Assembly: GCA_001512745.1 (NCBI GenBank)
Contig: LFSM01000075.1
Span: 3,727 to 67,726, forward strand
Direction: 5' to 3'
Source: Clostridiales bacterium DTU032
Lineage (GTDB): Bacteria; Bacillota; Clostridia; Saccharofermentanales; DTU023
Length of the DNA stretch: 64,000 nt
Each line of letters starts with the position of its first letter. Within the stretch, counting starts at the first letter, position 1. Below the pieces are notes generated by a model, which did no database searches, had not been told where the DNA came from, and saw only the letters and a program-made list of their open reading frames with translations. The position numbers were made by a program, and so were the translations under genes. Below are positions 28,002 through 38,132 of the stretch, one piece after another.

Positions 28002-29015
28002 TTACTCAGCTACCTTTGAGTATTTAGTCCGGTAAATAAAGCGCATAAGCCTTGCTTCCCAACCAGCAATGGGCTTTTGTCTGCTAATCCCGGCCACATG
28101 TGCTGCACGAGCGTTTTTCTCTAAAACCGCACGCACATTACAGGCATCTGCTTCATCCCGGCCATAACAGCGAGCCAGCCCTTGTACGGGATCGAGGACA
28201 GCACTGTTATTTTTGCGCCTGTTTTTAATTTTGGGACCACAAATCTGAGCGAAATCATCCAGATAGGTTGAAAGTCCACTTTTTAAAAAATCTTGAATTA
28301 AAGGATCACGAGAATACACGCAGACTTCTTCTCTTCCCTGGGCATCCTTGTAGTGGTCTGCAGGCTCTTCGTCAGCAAAATTCAAATGAATATCGCTTCG
28401 CCTGTCAGGCTCTTTGCCTGTCAGCTCTGCAAATTTCTCCCGGGAAAATTTCTCCAGCAGTTCTGCCCGTGCGATTGCTTCTTCTATATTTGAAGCCAGG
28501 ATAAAAGCGCCATGCCGCTCCATCAAAATAACTTTGGCCCCACTTTCCTCCATAGTTGTCCTCATGTTTTTGTGCAGCATGGATGTACCGGGTAAATTGT
28601 AAGGGGAAAGTTCTAAGTTGTCCGAAGCAAAGCCGGCAGCATATTCTGCAGTAAGCGGGAAAGAGCGTCCGTAAAGGGATATTGCAGAAGCAAAAACCTG
28701 ATGAGTATGAATAATTACATTTACATCAGGATAGAGCTTATAGCTAAGTGCATGCATCGGCATTTCCGAAGACGGCTTGCCCGGACTGACAATTTCTGCA
28801 TTTTCACCGCTCAGATCTATCTTTACCAGATCATCAGGACACATTGTGTCATAGGCTTTGCCACTTGGGGTTATAAGAATACTTTGACTGTCCACGCGCC
28901 TGCTGAAGTTACCCCAGGTGCGGACAACCAGGCCTTTGGCAGTCAGGACATGGGCTAAGTCAATAATTTCTTCTCCCAGCTTCAGCTCATTCTGATTAAG
29001 TTTTTCCAGACTCAT
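28002..29015 (-). CDS. Class II aldolase/adducin-family protein with a ~130-aa C-terminal extension
   Basis: The metal and catalytic residues are conserved: PSSE, IIHTHQ and ERHGAF. The start is moved to ATG 29015 (GAGGGGTG SD), 16 nt after the upstream stop. Confidence 0.75.
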   Translation of the reverse strand: MSLEKLNQNELKLGEEIIDLAHVLTAKGLVVRTWGNFSRRVDSQSILITPSGKAYDTMCPDDLVKIDLSGENAEIVSPGKPSSEMPMHALSYKLYPDVNVIIHTHQVFASAISLYGRSFPLTAEYAAGFASDNLELSPYNLPGTSMLHKNMRTTMEESGAKVILMERHGAFILASNIEEAIARAELLEKFSREKFAELTGKEPDRRSDIHLNFADEEPADHYKDAQGREEVCVYSRDPLIQDFLKSGLSTYLDDFAQICGPKIKNRRKNNSAVLDPVQGLARCYGRDEADACNVRAVLEKNARAAHVAGISRQKPIAGWEARLMRFIYRTKYSKVAE

Positions 29016-29031
29016 GCAAGCACCCCTCTTG

Positions 29032-30498
29032 TTATTCTTCAAGGTTGACAACGTTCGCAAAAATACGGTCAAAGCGTCTCAGAGCTTCATCTATCATCTC
29101 GTCATTATATGCTGCACTAGTGTACAGACGGCTGCCGGCAAGAGTTACAATTCCTTCTGCCATATAAGCCGAGCCCATATGCTCCATCTCGTTCTTGCGT
29201 ACCGCAGTCTGATCCAGAACACCAGGTATCGTCCATGGTTTTCGCCAATTGACAGTAAAATGCATGGTACCCACTGTTTCCAGATGGCAAATCGAGCCCT
29301 GATTGAAAGCGACAAAAGGTAAACCGTGTTTCTCGATAAGTTGCTGTAAACCTGCCGTCAGCCGGTCACCGTTGGCATTGGCTTTTTCACAGGCGGATAT
29401 CTCTAACATTTCCTTTATGGTGTAATAACCGGCCAGTGCTGTTAAGGGGTTGGCGGCCAAAGTACCGCCGACCAAAGCTTTCTTGACTTTATCTCCGGTC
29501 TGAATACCCGCAGCCAGATATTTCATATATTCCTGTTTGCCGCCCAAACCACCGGCGCTCGGGTATCCGCCGCCGATGACTTTACCAAAGACAGTTAAGT
29601 CAGGCTCTACACCCATTATCCCCTGGGCACCGTCCATTGACAGCCGGAAGGCAGTTACAACTTCATCAAAAATCAGCATGCAGCCATATTTGCGGCACAG
29701 TTTCTCAATGCCCTGCACGAATTCTATCGATACAGGTCTGGTACCACTCTCCGGGCCAATAGCCTCCACCATTATTGCTGCGGTCCCGCCTCGCAGTTGA
29801 TTGCGGCGAAGTTTTCTTTCCAGGGCATCAAGGTCACCCGGGAAGAATTCATCAGTATATTTAAACATTTTAATTGGTACACCATGAGCCTGTGTGAATT
29901 TGCTTCCGGGAACGCGGATACCATAAGCCAGCTGGTCCGACCAGCCATGATAGGCTCCGCCCATCTTGAGTACCCGTTTTTTCTTTGTGGCCAGGCGCGC
30001 AACACGAATCGCTGCCATGCAGGCTTCGGTACCTGAGTTAAACATACGCAGCCAATTAACTGATGGCATAAGATCACTGACCAGTTTGGCCAGCTTGTAT
30101 TCATATTCATGGAAGAGGCCTGTAGAAGGTCCGCATGTATTTAGCAAGTCAATAACTTTTTCACGGACTTCAGGAGGGTTTGAGCCTATAACAACAGGTC
30201 CGCCGGCTTGCAGAAAGTCAAAATACTTGTTTCCGTCAATGTCAGTCAAATATGCGCCATTGGCTCCGGTAAAAACTAGAGGAAAGGGGTGATTGAAAGC
30301 CAGATTATGCTGTACTCCACCGGGTATATATTTCCGGGCCTCGTCAATCATCGCCTTACTCTTACTGCACTTGCCCAGATAGTATTCATTTTCATATCTT
30401 GACAAAGCCTCGGGTGAAATCGAATATATAGGTTTCTTGATCAATTCATCCAATTGGCTGGTAATCTTATCAACTGTTTTCTGACTCAGATCTATCAT
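29032..30498 (-). CDS. Class III PLP-dependent aminotransferase/aminomutase, long HemL (GSA-aminomutase)-like paralog
   Basis: NSGTEACMAAIRVAR, IFDEVVTAFR and the Schiff-base lysine context VFGKVIGGGYP are present. It carries a ~60-aa N-terminal extension relative to HemL. The ATG at 30498 follows GGGAGG. Confidence 0.75.
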   Translation of the reverse strand: MIDLSQKTVDKITSQLDELIKKPIYSISPEALSRYENEYYLGKCSKSKAMIDEARKYIPGGVQHNLAFNHPFPLVFTGANGAYLTDIDGNKYFDFLQAGGPVVIGSNPPEVREKVIDLLNTCGPSTGLFHEYEYKLAKLVSDLMPSVNWLRMFNSGTEACMAAIRVARLATKKKRVLKMGGAYHGWSDQLAYGIRVPGSKFTQAHGVPIKMFKYTDEFFPGDLDALERKLRRNQLRGGTAAIMVEAIGPESGTRPVSIEFVQGIEKLCRKYGCMLIFDEVVTAFRLSMDGAQGIMGVEPDLTVFGKVIGGGYPSAGGLGGKQEYMKYLAAGIQTGDKVKKALVGGTLAANPLTALAGYYTIKEMLEISACEKANANGDRLTAGLQQLIEKHGLPFVAFNQGSICHLETVGTMHFTVNWRKPWTIPGVLDQTAVRKNEMEHMGSAYMAEGIVTLAGSRLYTSAAYNDEMIDEALRRFDRIFANVVNLEE

Positions 30499-30540
30499 TT
30501 TAAAGCCTCCCTGCAAAACTCTTTCCGCTTAGATCAATAT

Positions 30541-30560
30541 AAGTGAGTGAGTGCTCACTT
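30541..30560. promoter_or_regulatory. Operator-like inverted repeat 1 (AAGTGAG-N6-CTCACTT)
   Basis: aagtgagtgagtgctcactt lies about 40 bp upstream of the aminotransferase start. It shares ATAAGTGAG...CTCACTT with the second site. Confidence 0.6.
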
Positions 30561-30651
30561 TTTTCAAACTAGCCCAACTTATATAAATAGTCAAGTATTT
30601 TGCATCATTATTTGCATTTTTAGTGATAACTGCTAGAATCTATCCATAGAT

Positions 30652-30671
30652 AAGTGAGCAATTGCTCACTT
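30652..30671. promoter_or_regulatory. Operator-like inverted repeat 2 (perfect 20-bp palindrome AAGTGAGCAATTGCTCACTT)
   Basis: It lies 12 bp downstream of a candidate -10 (TAGAAT, 30634-30639) and 25 bp upstream of the tetR start. Confidence 0.65.
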
Positions 30672-30695
30672 GCACTTTTGAAGAGGTAGCAATAA

Positions 30696-31358
30696 GTGAA
30701 ATATTCAAGTCCACGTTTTGATCGTCTTGATGAGGAAAAAAAACAAAGAATTATTCGTGCTGCCATTGATGAATTCGCTAACCTTGGTTTCGAAGCAGCA
30801 AATATTAATAAAATCGCCAGAAAAGCTCACATCTCGGTAGGTTCGCTCTACAAGTATTTTAAAAGCAAAAAAGATCTCTTTTTATATGTTATTCAGCTAA
30901 GTTCGGATTTGATTGAGGAAGAGTTAAGAGCTGTTAATGAAGCTCCTTTTATGAGTGTAGAAAGCAAGATTGAGAAAGTTCTGCGCATCATCCTGCGCAC
31001 TAATCGTCAGCAAGCCAATCTGATCCGCCTTTATCTTGAGCTGACCTCCAGCAGCAATAATGATATGACAAAGCTATTAAGCTTCAATCTGGAAACCTTT
31101 TCTTCACAATGCTACAGACAAATTCTGGCAAATGGCCAGGCAACAGGCGAAGTCCGGGCAGATATTGATCCTGCAATGGCGGCTTTTCATTTGGATAATA
31201 TTTTTTTGGCCCTGCAATACTCATATGTTGGCGGATATTTATACGAACGCTATCGTATCTATGTAAAAGAAGGAATTGACTCAATTGAAAATGATGAGTT
31301 TGTTATAGCAGAAACAATGAAATTTCTGCAGGGAGCTTTGCTGAACGCCAAAGATTAG
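30696..31358 (+). CDS. TetR/AcrR-family transcriptional regulator
   Basis: The N-terminal HTH RIIRAAIDEFANLGFEAANINKIARKAHISVGSLYKYFKSKKDLF is TetR-type. It uses a GTG start. Confidence 0.88.
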   Translation: MKYSSPRFDRLDEEKKQRIIRAAIDEFANLGFEAANINKIARKAHISVGSLYKYFKSKKDLFLYVIQLSSDLIEEELRAVNEAPFMSVESKIEKVLRIILRTNRQQANLIRLYLELTSSSNNDMTKLLSFNLETFSSQCYRQILANGQATGEVRADIDPAMAAFHLDNIFLALQYSYVGGYLYERYRIYVKEGIDSIENDEFVIAETMKFLQGALLNAKD

Positions 31359-31373
31359 TGTGAGGAAACAACT

Positions 31374-33002
31374 ATGTATATCTTGACCTTCGACATTGGA
31401 ACCACAGGTGTTAAAACCTGCCTCTTCAATTTACTTGGAGATAAGAATGATGACAAAAGCAGTCGTTCACTGCAGCTGGTCGATGCAGCTTTCGGAGACT
31501 ACGGTTTAGAAATCCTGCCCAATGGCGGGGCAGAACAGGATCCGGATGAATGGTGGGCAGCTATTGTCGATACCAGCAGATCAATCGCTGCTAAGAATCC
31601 TGACGCCGTCCGTGAACTGGCAGGCATCAGTTTCTGCTCGCAAATGCAGAGCGTCGTTTTGCTTGATAAAAATGGACACCACCTGCGCCCATCAATGAGC
31701 TATATGGATCAGCGCGCTGGAGATATAAAGGATAAATATGGTGGTCCCGGTCCCAAAATTGCCGATGTCGGCATCCCCTTCCTGCTCAAAAGTCTAATAC
31801 AAACAGGAGTAGTTTCTGCAAGTGACAAAGACCCTGTCTGGAAATATCTTTGGGTCAAGGAAAATGAAGCTGAACTTTTCCAAAAAGTCTATAAGTGGCT
31901 GGATGTCAAAGAAGCTATAATCGCACGTATGACCGGACGTTTCATTCGCAGCCATGACAGCGCCTTCACTATGCTGCTTCTGGACAAAGACGATAGCAAT
32001 CCTGCTTATTCTCTGCCACTGATACACGGTCTCGGTATCGAAGAATCTCATCTTCCGGAAATAGTTAAGTCAACTGACAATGTGGGCGGTTTGCTGCCGG
32101 AAGCAGCTCAGGAAATGGGTTTAAGGGCAGGAACTCCGGTTTTCGCCGGTGGCGGTGACTCCTCCCTTTCCTCTGTCGGTGCCGGATGCGTAGCTCCCGG
32201 AGATACACATGTCTATATGGGCACAAGTGGCTGGGTCTCCGCTGTAACTGACAGAAAGCTTACTGATACTCAGGCTATGGTGGCATCAGTAGTTGGTGTA
32301 CAGCCCGGACTCTACAACTATTTTGCCGAACTGGAAACTGCCGGCAAATGTCTGGAATGGGTGCGCGATCATCTGGCTCTGGATGAGATCAATATCTATC
32401 TGTCAAAAACCTCAGTCTCGGATGCTCCCGGGGCTGAGCACACCTCTCTCTATGACTATATGTCTGAAGTTATCAGTAAAAGTCCCAGTGGTTCCGGTGG
32501 AGTAATTTTCACCCCCTGGCTCCATGGCAATCGCTGTCCTTTCGAAGATTCAAATGCTCGCGGAATGTTCTTTAACATCAGTCTTGACACCGGAAAAACC
32601 GAACTTATCCGGGCAGTTGTAGAAGGTGTTTGCTATCATATGCGCTGGTTCGTGGAACTGATTGAAAAGAAAATGGAAATCAAATCACCCATCCGTTTTA
32701 TCGGCGGGGGTGCCCTGTCCTCAGTAACAGCCGGAATTCTGGCTGATATTTTGCAGCTTCCGGTTGAGACTGTAGATGATCCGCAAAATTTTGGAGCGGT
32801 GGGTGCTGCCTTGCTGGTCGCAGCAGGTCTCGGAGAACTGGAAGATTTAAGCGAGGCCCGTCGCATCGTCAAGGTCAACAGAAGCTTCACTCCAAATCCT
32901 GACGCGAAAGCAGTACACGATCGTAATTATGAAGTGTTCAAAACTATGTATAAAGCCAATAGGGATGCCTTTCAGCTATTGAATGCCACTAGTGAAAATT
33001 AA
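31374..33002 (+). CDS. FGGY-family carbohydrate kinase (substrate unknown)
   Basis: The N-terminal phosphate-1 motif FDIGTTGVKT, GTSGWV and the C-terminal FIGGGALSS are present. The product is 542 aa. Confidence 0.82.
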   Translation: MYILTFDIGTTGVKTCLFNLLGDKNDDKSSRSLQLVDAAFGDYGLEILPNGGAEQDPDEWWAAIVDTSRSIAAKNPDAVRELAGISFCSQMQSVVLLDKNGHHLRPSMSYMDQRAGDIKDKYGGPGPKIADVGIPFLLKSLIQTGVVSASDKDPVWKYLWVKENEAELFQKVYKWLDVKEAIIARMTGRFIRSHDSAFTMLLLDKDDSNPAYSLPLIHGLGIEESHLPEIVKSTDNVGGLLPEAAQEMGLRAGTPVFAGGGDSSLSSVGAGCVAPGDTHVYMGTSGWVSAVTDRKLTDTQAMVASVVGVQPGLYNYFAELETAGKCLEWVRDHLALDEINIYLSKTSVSDAPGAEHTSLYDYMSEVISKSPSGSGGVIFTPWLHGNRCPFEDSNARGMFFNISLDTGKTELIRAVVEGVCYHMRWFVELIEKKMEIKSPIRFIGGGALSSVTAGILADILQLPVETVDDPQNFGAVGAALLVAAGLGELEDLSEARRIVKVNRSFTPNPDAKAVHDRNYEVFKTMYKANRDAFQLLNATSEN

Positions 33003-33074
33003 GGAGATAATATGACTAATCAGGTACCTCTAAAGTCCGGAGATAATATGACTAATCAGGTACCTCTAAAGTCC
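33003..33074 (+). repeat. Perfect 36-bp tandem duplication covering the SD, ATG and first 9 codons of the GtrA-like gene
   Basis: GGAGATAATATGACTAATCAGGTACCTCTAAAGTCC occurs at 33003-33038 and again, identically, at 33039-33074. The duplication is in frame (12 codons). Confidence 0.95.
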
Positions 33075-33509
33075 AAAGAATCATTAATTCAGGCGGTGAA
33101 ATTCACCTTACTCTCTCTTTCAGCCGGTTTGATTGAAGTGGTATCCTTCATCCTGCTGGAACGACTGACAAGTCTTCCCTACGACTATAAACACATAATT
33201 TCTATTGTTTTGTCAGTACTCTGGAACTTTACTCTAAACCGCCGTTACACTTTCAAATCTGCCAATAACATTCCTATCGCCATGATCAAGGTAGCACTCT
33301 TCTACGTAGTTTTCATACCTCTGACTGCCTGGCTGGGACAGTTAGCTTCAAATAACAATATTAATGACTATCTGATAAAAATCCCGACTATGCTCCTGAA
33401 TTTCGTCGGAGAATTTATCTGGTGGAAATTTGTTGTTTTCCGCGGTAGTGAAAATACAAATAAACTGGCTCAGGAAAAAGCTGACCAATCGGAGCAGTCT
33501 GCTGATTAA
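33012..33509 (+). CDS. GtrA-family membrane protein (alternative in-frame start at 33048)
   Basis: VKFTLLSLSAGLIEVVSFILL and LNRRYTFK are GtrA-like, and there are 4 TM helices. The N-terminus MTNQVPLKS is repeated because of the duplication. Confidence 0.75.
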   Translation: MTNQVPLKSGDNMTNQVPLKSKESLIQAVKFTLLSLSAGLIEVVSFILLERLTSLPYDYKHIISIVLSVLWNFTLNRRYTFKSANNIPIAMIKVALFYVVFIPLTAWLGQLASNNNINDYLIKIPTMLLNFVGEFIWWKFVVFRGSENTNKLAQEKADQSEQSAD

Positions 33510-33541
33510 TAAATTCCTATCTAGCTCTTCTGTTCCCATAT

Positions 33542-33573
33542 AAAAGGCATAGCCGTTATTTCCGGCTATGCCT
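33542..33573 (-). terminator. Rho-independent terminator downstream of gap
   Basis: The 11-bp stem AGGCATAGCCG / CGGCTATGCCT has a 7-nt loop. A U-run follows on the minus-strand RNA. Confidence 0.75.
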
Positions 33574-33602
33574 CATTCAGAAAAGTATATTTTGCCTCTA
33601 AC

Positions 33603-34679
<1,077 letters not shown>

Positions 34680-34736
34680 TTAAGTCCTTTCTAGTTCGTG
34701 TGTTTTTTCTTTAATCTAATGTTCTGCCAATCAGGC

Positions 34737-34765
34737 ATTATAGCGTTTTAGCAGTTAAACTTCAA
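34737..34765 (-). promoter_or_regulatory. Sigma-A-type promoter of gap (TTGAAG-17-TATAAT)
   Basis: On the minus strand, TTGAAG lies at 34765-34760 and TATAAT at 34742-34737. Confidence 0.6.
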
Positions 34766-34817
34766 TTGCTAATAGACTTACACCTTGACAAAGGGCAGAT
34801 AGCACAAAAGACCATGT

Positions 34818-34844
34818 AAAAGGGGGCTGGTAAAGCCAGCCCCC
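34818..34844 (-). terminator. Rho-independent terminator of the glycine-cleavage operon
   Basis: The stem GGGGGCTGG / CCAGCCCCC has a 5-nt loop. UUUU follows on the minus-strand RNA. Confidence 0.8.
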
Positions 34845-34874
34845 TTCACAAGTTTACAAAATCTGATTAACTTA

Positions 34875-36335
34875 TTAATCCGTGCATGTCAGGATCTGAT
34901 CCTTGGCAGCTCTGGTTTCATCGGGTCGGGCTATGGGTGTACCATGCGGCGCACCTTTAACCAGCTCGGGATTGCTTTCACATTCTTTAGCGATGTCGAT
35001 AAGAGCCTGAGCCAAAGCATCCAGATCACGCCAGGTTTCCGTCTCAGTAGGTTCAATCATCATTGCCTCATGAACAATCAACGGGAAATAAACTGTCGGC
35101 GGATGGAAGCCATAGTCAATCAGCCTCTTGGCGATATCATTGGTGTCAATGCCGTATTTTTCTTTCTGCCAGGCACTGCTGATGACAAACTCATGCATAC
35201 AATCTTCGTCGTAAGCCAGGTGATAATAGTCTTTTACCCGTTCCATAATATAACGGGCATTGGCAACAGCACCTTCTGAAACTTCTTTAAGTCCTTCGAC
35301 ACCATTGCGCAGCATATAGGCATATGTACGGACAAGAACTCCAAAAGAGCCGATGAAGGAACGCATCATACCCAGACTGTGAGGTCTGTCGTAGTCAAGG
35401 GTGTAGCCATCATCTTCCTTAACAACTACAGGTCTTGGCAGATATTTCTCCAGGAAATCTTTACAGCCAACAGGGCCTGCTCCCGGACCGCCGCCACCGT
35501 GAGGTGTTGACAAGCTCTTGTGTACGTTCAAGTGGACACAGTCAAAGCCCATGTCTCCGGGGCGTGCCTGCATCATAATGGGGTTAAGATTCGCACCATC
35601 GTAATAGCAGAGACCGCCACAGTCATGAACCATTTGCGTAATCCGGTCAATATTGCAGTCAAAAAGACCAAGTGTGTTCGGATTGGTCAGCATGAGACCG
35701 GCCACGTCATCTCCCAGCACCTCAGCCAGAGCATCCAGATCAACTAAACCATGTTCATTGGACTTTACTTCTCTTACCTTATAGCCGGCCATAGCTGCAG
35801 TTGCAGGGTTAGTGCCGTGGGCTGCATCAGGAATAATGATAGTATCTCGTTTAGTGTGACCTTTATCCTCGTGGTAAGCCTTGATCAGAAGAATGCCTGT
35901 CAACTCACCATGTGCTCCGGCAGCCGGCTGGAAAGTGAAAGCATCCATGCCTGTCAGGTCGTTAAGCTGCAGTTCCAGATCATGGAGCAATTCCAGACTT
36001 CCCTGAACTGTTTCACAGGCCTGATACGGGTGAAGGTTGGCGAAGCCAGGCAAAGCTGCCATATCTTCGTTGACCTTAGGATTGTATTTCATTGTGCAGG
36101 AACCAAGTGGATAGGTGCCAACTTCAACACTGAAGTTTTTATTCGACAGATTTGTGTAATGCCGAATGGCGGTTATTTCATCCACGTTGGGCATGTCCGG
36201 TAATTCAGCTCTGTAGCTGTCACCATAATACGCTGCAAGATCCGGCATCTCAACATCGAGAGGACGGATGTAACTGCTTTTGAATGATTTTGATCCTTTT
36301 GTAAAAATCAATGGGGTATCTTTTAGCATAGTCAT
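34875..36335 (-). CDS. gcvPB: Glycine dehydrogenase (decarboxylating) subunit 2
   Basis: GSCTMKYNPK and the PLP-lysine context HLNVHKSLSTPHGGGGPG are present. Confidence 0.93.
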   Translation of the reverse strand: MTMLKDTPLIFTKGSKSFKSSYIRPLDVEMPDLAAYYGDSYRAELPDMPNVDEITAIRHYTNLSNKNFSVEVGTYPLGSCTMKYNPKVNEDMAALPGFANLHPYQACETVQGSLELLHDLELQLNDLTGMDAFTFQPAAGAHGELTGILLIKAYHEDKGHTKRDTIIIPDAAHGTNPATAAMAGYKVREVKSNEHGLVDLDALAEVLGDDVAGLMLTNPNTLGLFDCNIDRITQMVHDCGGLCYYDGANLNPIMMQARPGDMGFDCVHLNVHKSLSTPHGGGGPGAGPVGCKDFLEKYLPRPVVVKEDDGYTLDYDRPHSLGMMRSFIGSFGVLVRTYAYMLRNGVEGLKEVSEGAVANARYIMERVKDYYHLAYDEDCMHEFVISSAWQKEKYGIDTNDIAKRLIDYGFHPPTVYFPLIVHEAMMIEPTETETWRDLDALAQALIDIAKECESNPELVKGAPHGTPIARPDETRAAKDQILTCTD

Positions 36336-36350
36336 ATTATTCCTCCTCTC

Positions 36351-37688
36351 TTATTGTGCCTTGGCAAGACGTACAACTGTCTCGACAAATTTGTCCATGG
36401 CCTGCTTTGATTTCTTTTCAGTAACTGCGAGGAGCCAACGATTGTCATCAACTACCAGACCACCGAAAATCTTTTCCGCCAGAAGATCCTGGTTCAATTT
36501 ATTGAGATCAAGATCTCCTTTGGCTGTCAGAGCAAATTCACGGAAAACAGGTGAATCATATGTATTCTCAAACAAACCGGTAGCCAGCAGTTTTTCCTGC
36601 AGATAAAGTGCTTTAGCTGCTGACTGCTCCGCTACATCTCTGATACCGGAAGAACCCATCAGTGCCAGCCAGATAGTAGCTGATGTCGCCATCAGTGCCT
36701 GAGCTGTACAGATATTCGAGGTAGCACGCTCACGGCGAATATGCTGTTCACGTGCCTGTATTGTCAAAACGTAGCTGGTTTTGCCATCACGGTCGACAGT
36801 TTCCCCGGCAATACGTCCCGGCATTTTGCGCAGTAGTTTCTGCGTTACTGCCATATAACCCACACCGGGCCCGCCAAAAGACATGGGGATGCCCAGAGCC
36901 TGTGCTTCACCAGTGACAATATCAACACCAAGATCTCCCGGACGTTGTAATAAGGCGAGGCTGATCAAATCACAGGAAGCTGCCGCCAGGGCACCAGTAG
37001 CATGAGCTTTTTCAACTACGAGTGAGAGATCCTCAACAACACCATAGAAGTTCGGGCTTTGCACCATAAAAGCGGCATAGCCCTTCTCTGCCGGGAATTC
37101 GACTGTTTGACCGGCTTCATTTAAAGCTCCTACTTCAACTTCAACACCTGCTGCATGGCAATAGGTTTCAATTGTCTCAATATATTCAGGATGCATACCT
37201 GCTGACACAAAAACTTTGTAGAGGCGTTTTTCACGACAGGCCATTAAAGCAGCCTCGGCTGCTGCGGAAGCACCGTCGTACATGGAAGCGTTAGAAACAT
37301 CCATGCCGCTAAGGCGGCTAATATAGCTCTGCCACTCAAAGATTGCCTGCAAAGTTCCCTGGGAAATTTCAGCCTGGTAAGGTGTGTAGGCAGTAAGATA
37401 CTCAGTTCTGCTAATCAAATGCTTTACAGCGGCAGGCTGATAATGGTCATAAAAACCTGCTCCAAGATAAGAGTCATAGTCATCTGTGCGTTTATTCAAA
37501 TTCGCCAGAGCTGTTAGGCGCTCGACTACTTCAAACTCAGAAACACCTTCCTTTTGTAAGCCGCTGAAATCTGTATTTTTTAATCTCTGTGACTCCTGGA
37601 TCGAGTCGAAAAGGTGATCTAAATCAACACCAACCGATGCGAGCATTTCGCGACGTTCCTCCCGACCCATGGGAAGATAAGCGGTCAT
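36351..37688 (-). CDS. gcvPA: Glycine dehydrogenase (decarboxylating) subunit 1
   Basis: YTPYQAEISQGTLQAIFEWQ and MSFGGPGVGYM are present. The start overlaps the gcvH stop. Confidence 0.93.
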   Translation of the reverse strand: MTAYLPMGREERREMLASVGVDLDHLFDSIQESQRLKNTDFSGLQKEGVSEFEVVERLTALANLNKRTDDYDSYLGAGFYDHYQPAAVKHLISRTEYLTAYTPYQAEISQGTLQAIFEWQSYISRLSGMDVSNASMYDGASAAAEAALMACREKRLYKVFVSAGMHPEYIETIETYCHAAGVEVEVGALNEAGQTVEFPAEKGYAAFMVQSPNFYGVVEDLSLVVEKAHATGALAAASCDLISLALLQRPGDLGVDIVTGEAQALGIPMSFGGPGVGYMAVTQKLLRKMPGRIAGETVDRDGKTSYVLTIQAREQHIRRERATSNICTAQALMATSATIWLALMGSSGIRDVAEQSAAKALYLQEKLLATGLFENTYDSPVFREFALTAKGDLDLNKLNQDLLAEKIFGGLVVDDNRWLLAVTEKKSKQAMDKFVETVVRLAKAQ

Positions 37689-38074
37689 GCAGATTCCTCC
37701 TCACAGAACTTTTTGTAAGCTTCAGCGTCCATCAGGCCATCCAGCTGTGAAGGATCAGACATTTCAATTTTCACAAACCAGGTGCCAAAAGCATCCTCAT
37801 TGATTTGTTCCGGTGCGTCTTCGATAGACTCATTGGATTCAATAATTTTGCCGGCTACAGGAGAATAAAGGTCTGAAGCCATCTTTACAGACTCGACGCT
37901 GCCAACCAGATCATCAATCTCAACATCTATATCGACGGGCTCGGCTTCTGCATAAACCAGGTCACCCAATTGGTCCTGGGCGAAATCTGTGATGCCTATT
38001 GCGGCAACATTACCTTCAACCTCTACCCATTCATGGGTCTTTGCATAAAGACGATCTTCTTTTACTGTGGTCAT
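37685..38074 (-). CDS. gcvH: Glycine cleavage system H protein
   Basis: THEWVEVEGN is present, and the lipoyl-lysine context is VESVKMASDLYSPV. Confidence 0.92.
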   Translation of the reverse strand: MTTVKEDRLYAKTHEWVEVEGNVAAIGITDFAQDQLGDLVYAEAEPVDIDVEIDDLVGSVESVKMASDLYSPVAGKIIESNESIEDAPEQINEDAFGTWFVKIEMSDPSQLDGLMDAEAYKKFCEEESA

Positions 38075-38132
38075 ATTTTCTTTTACCTTTCTTTTTCTGA
38101 ATCTACTAACCGCCTATAAGCGGTATGACTTA

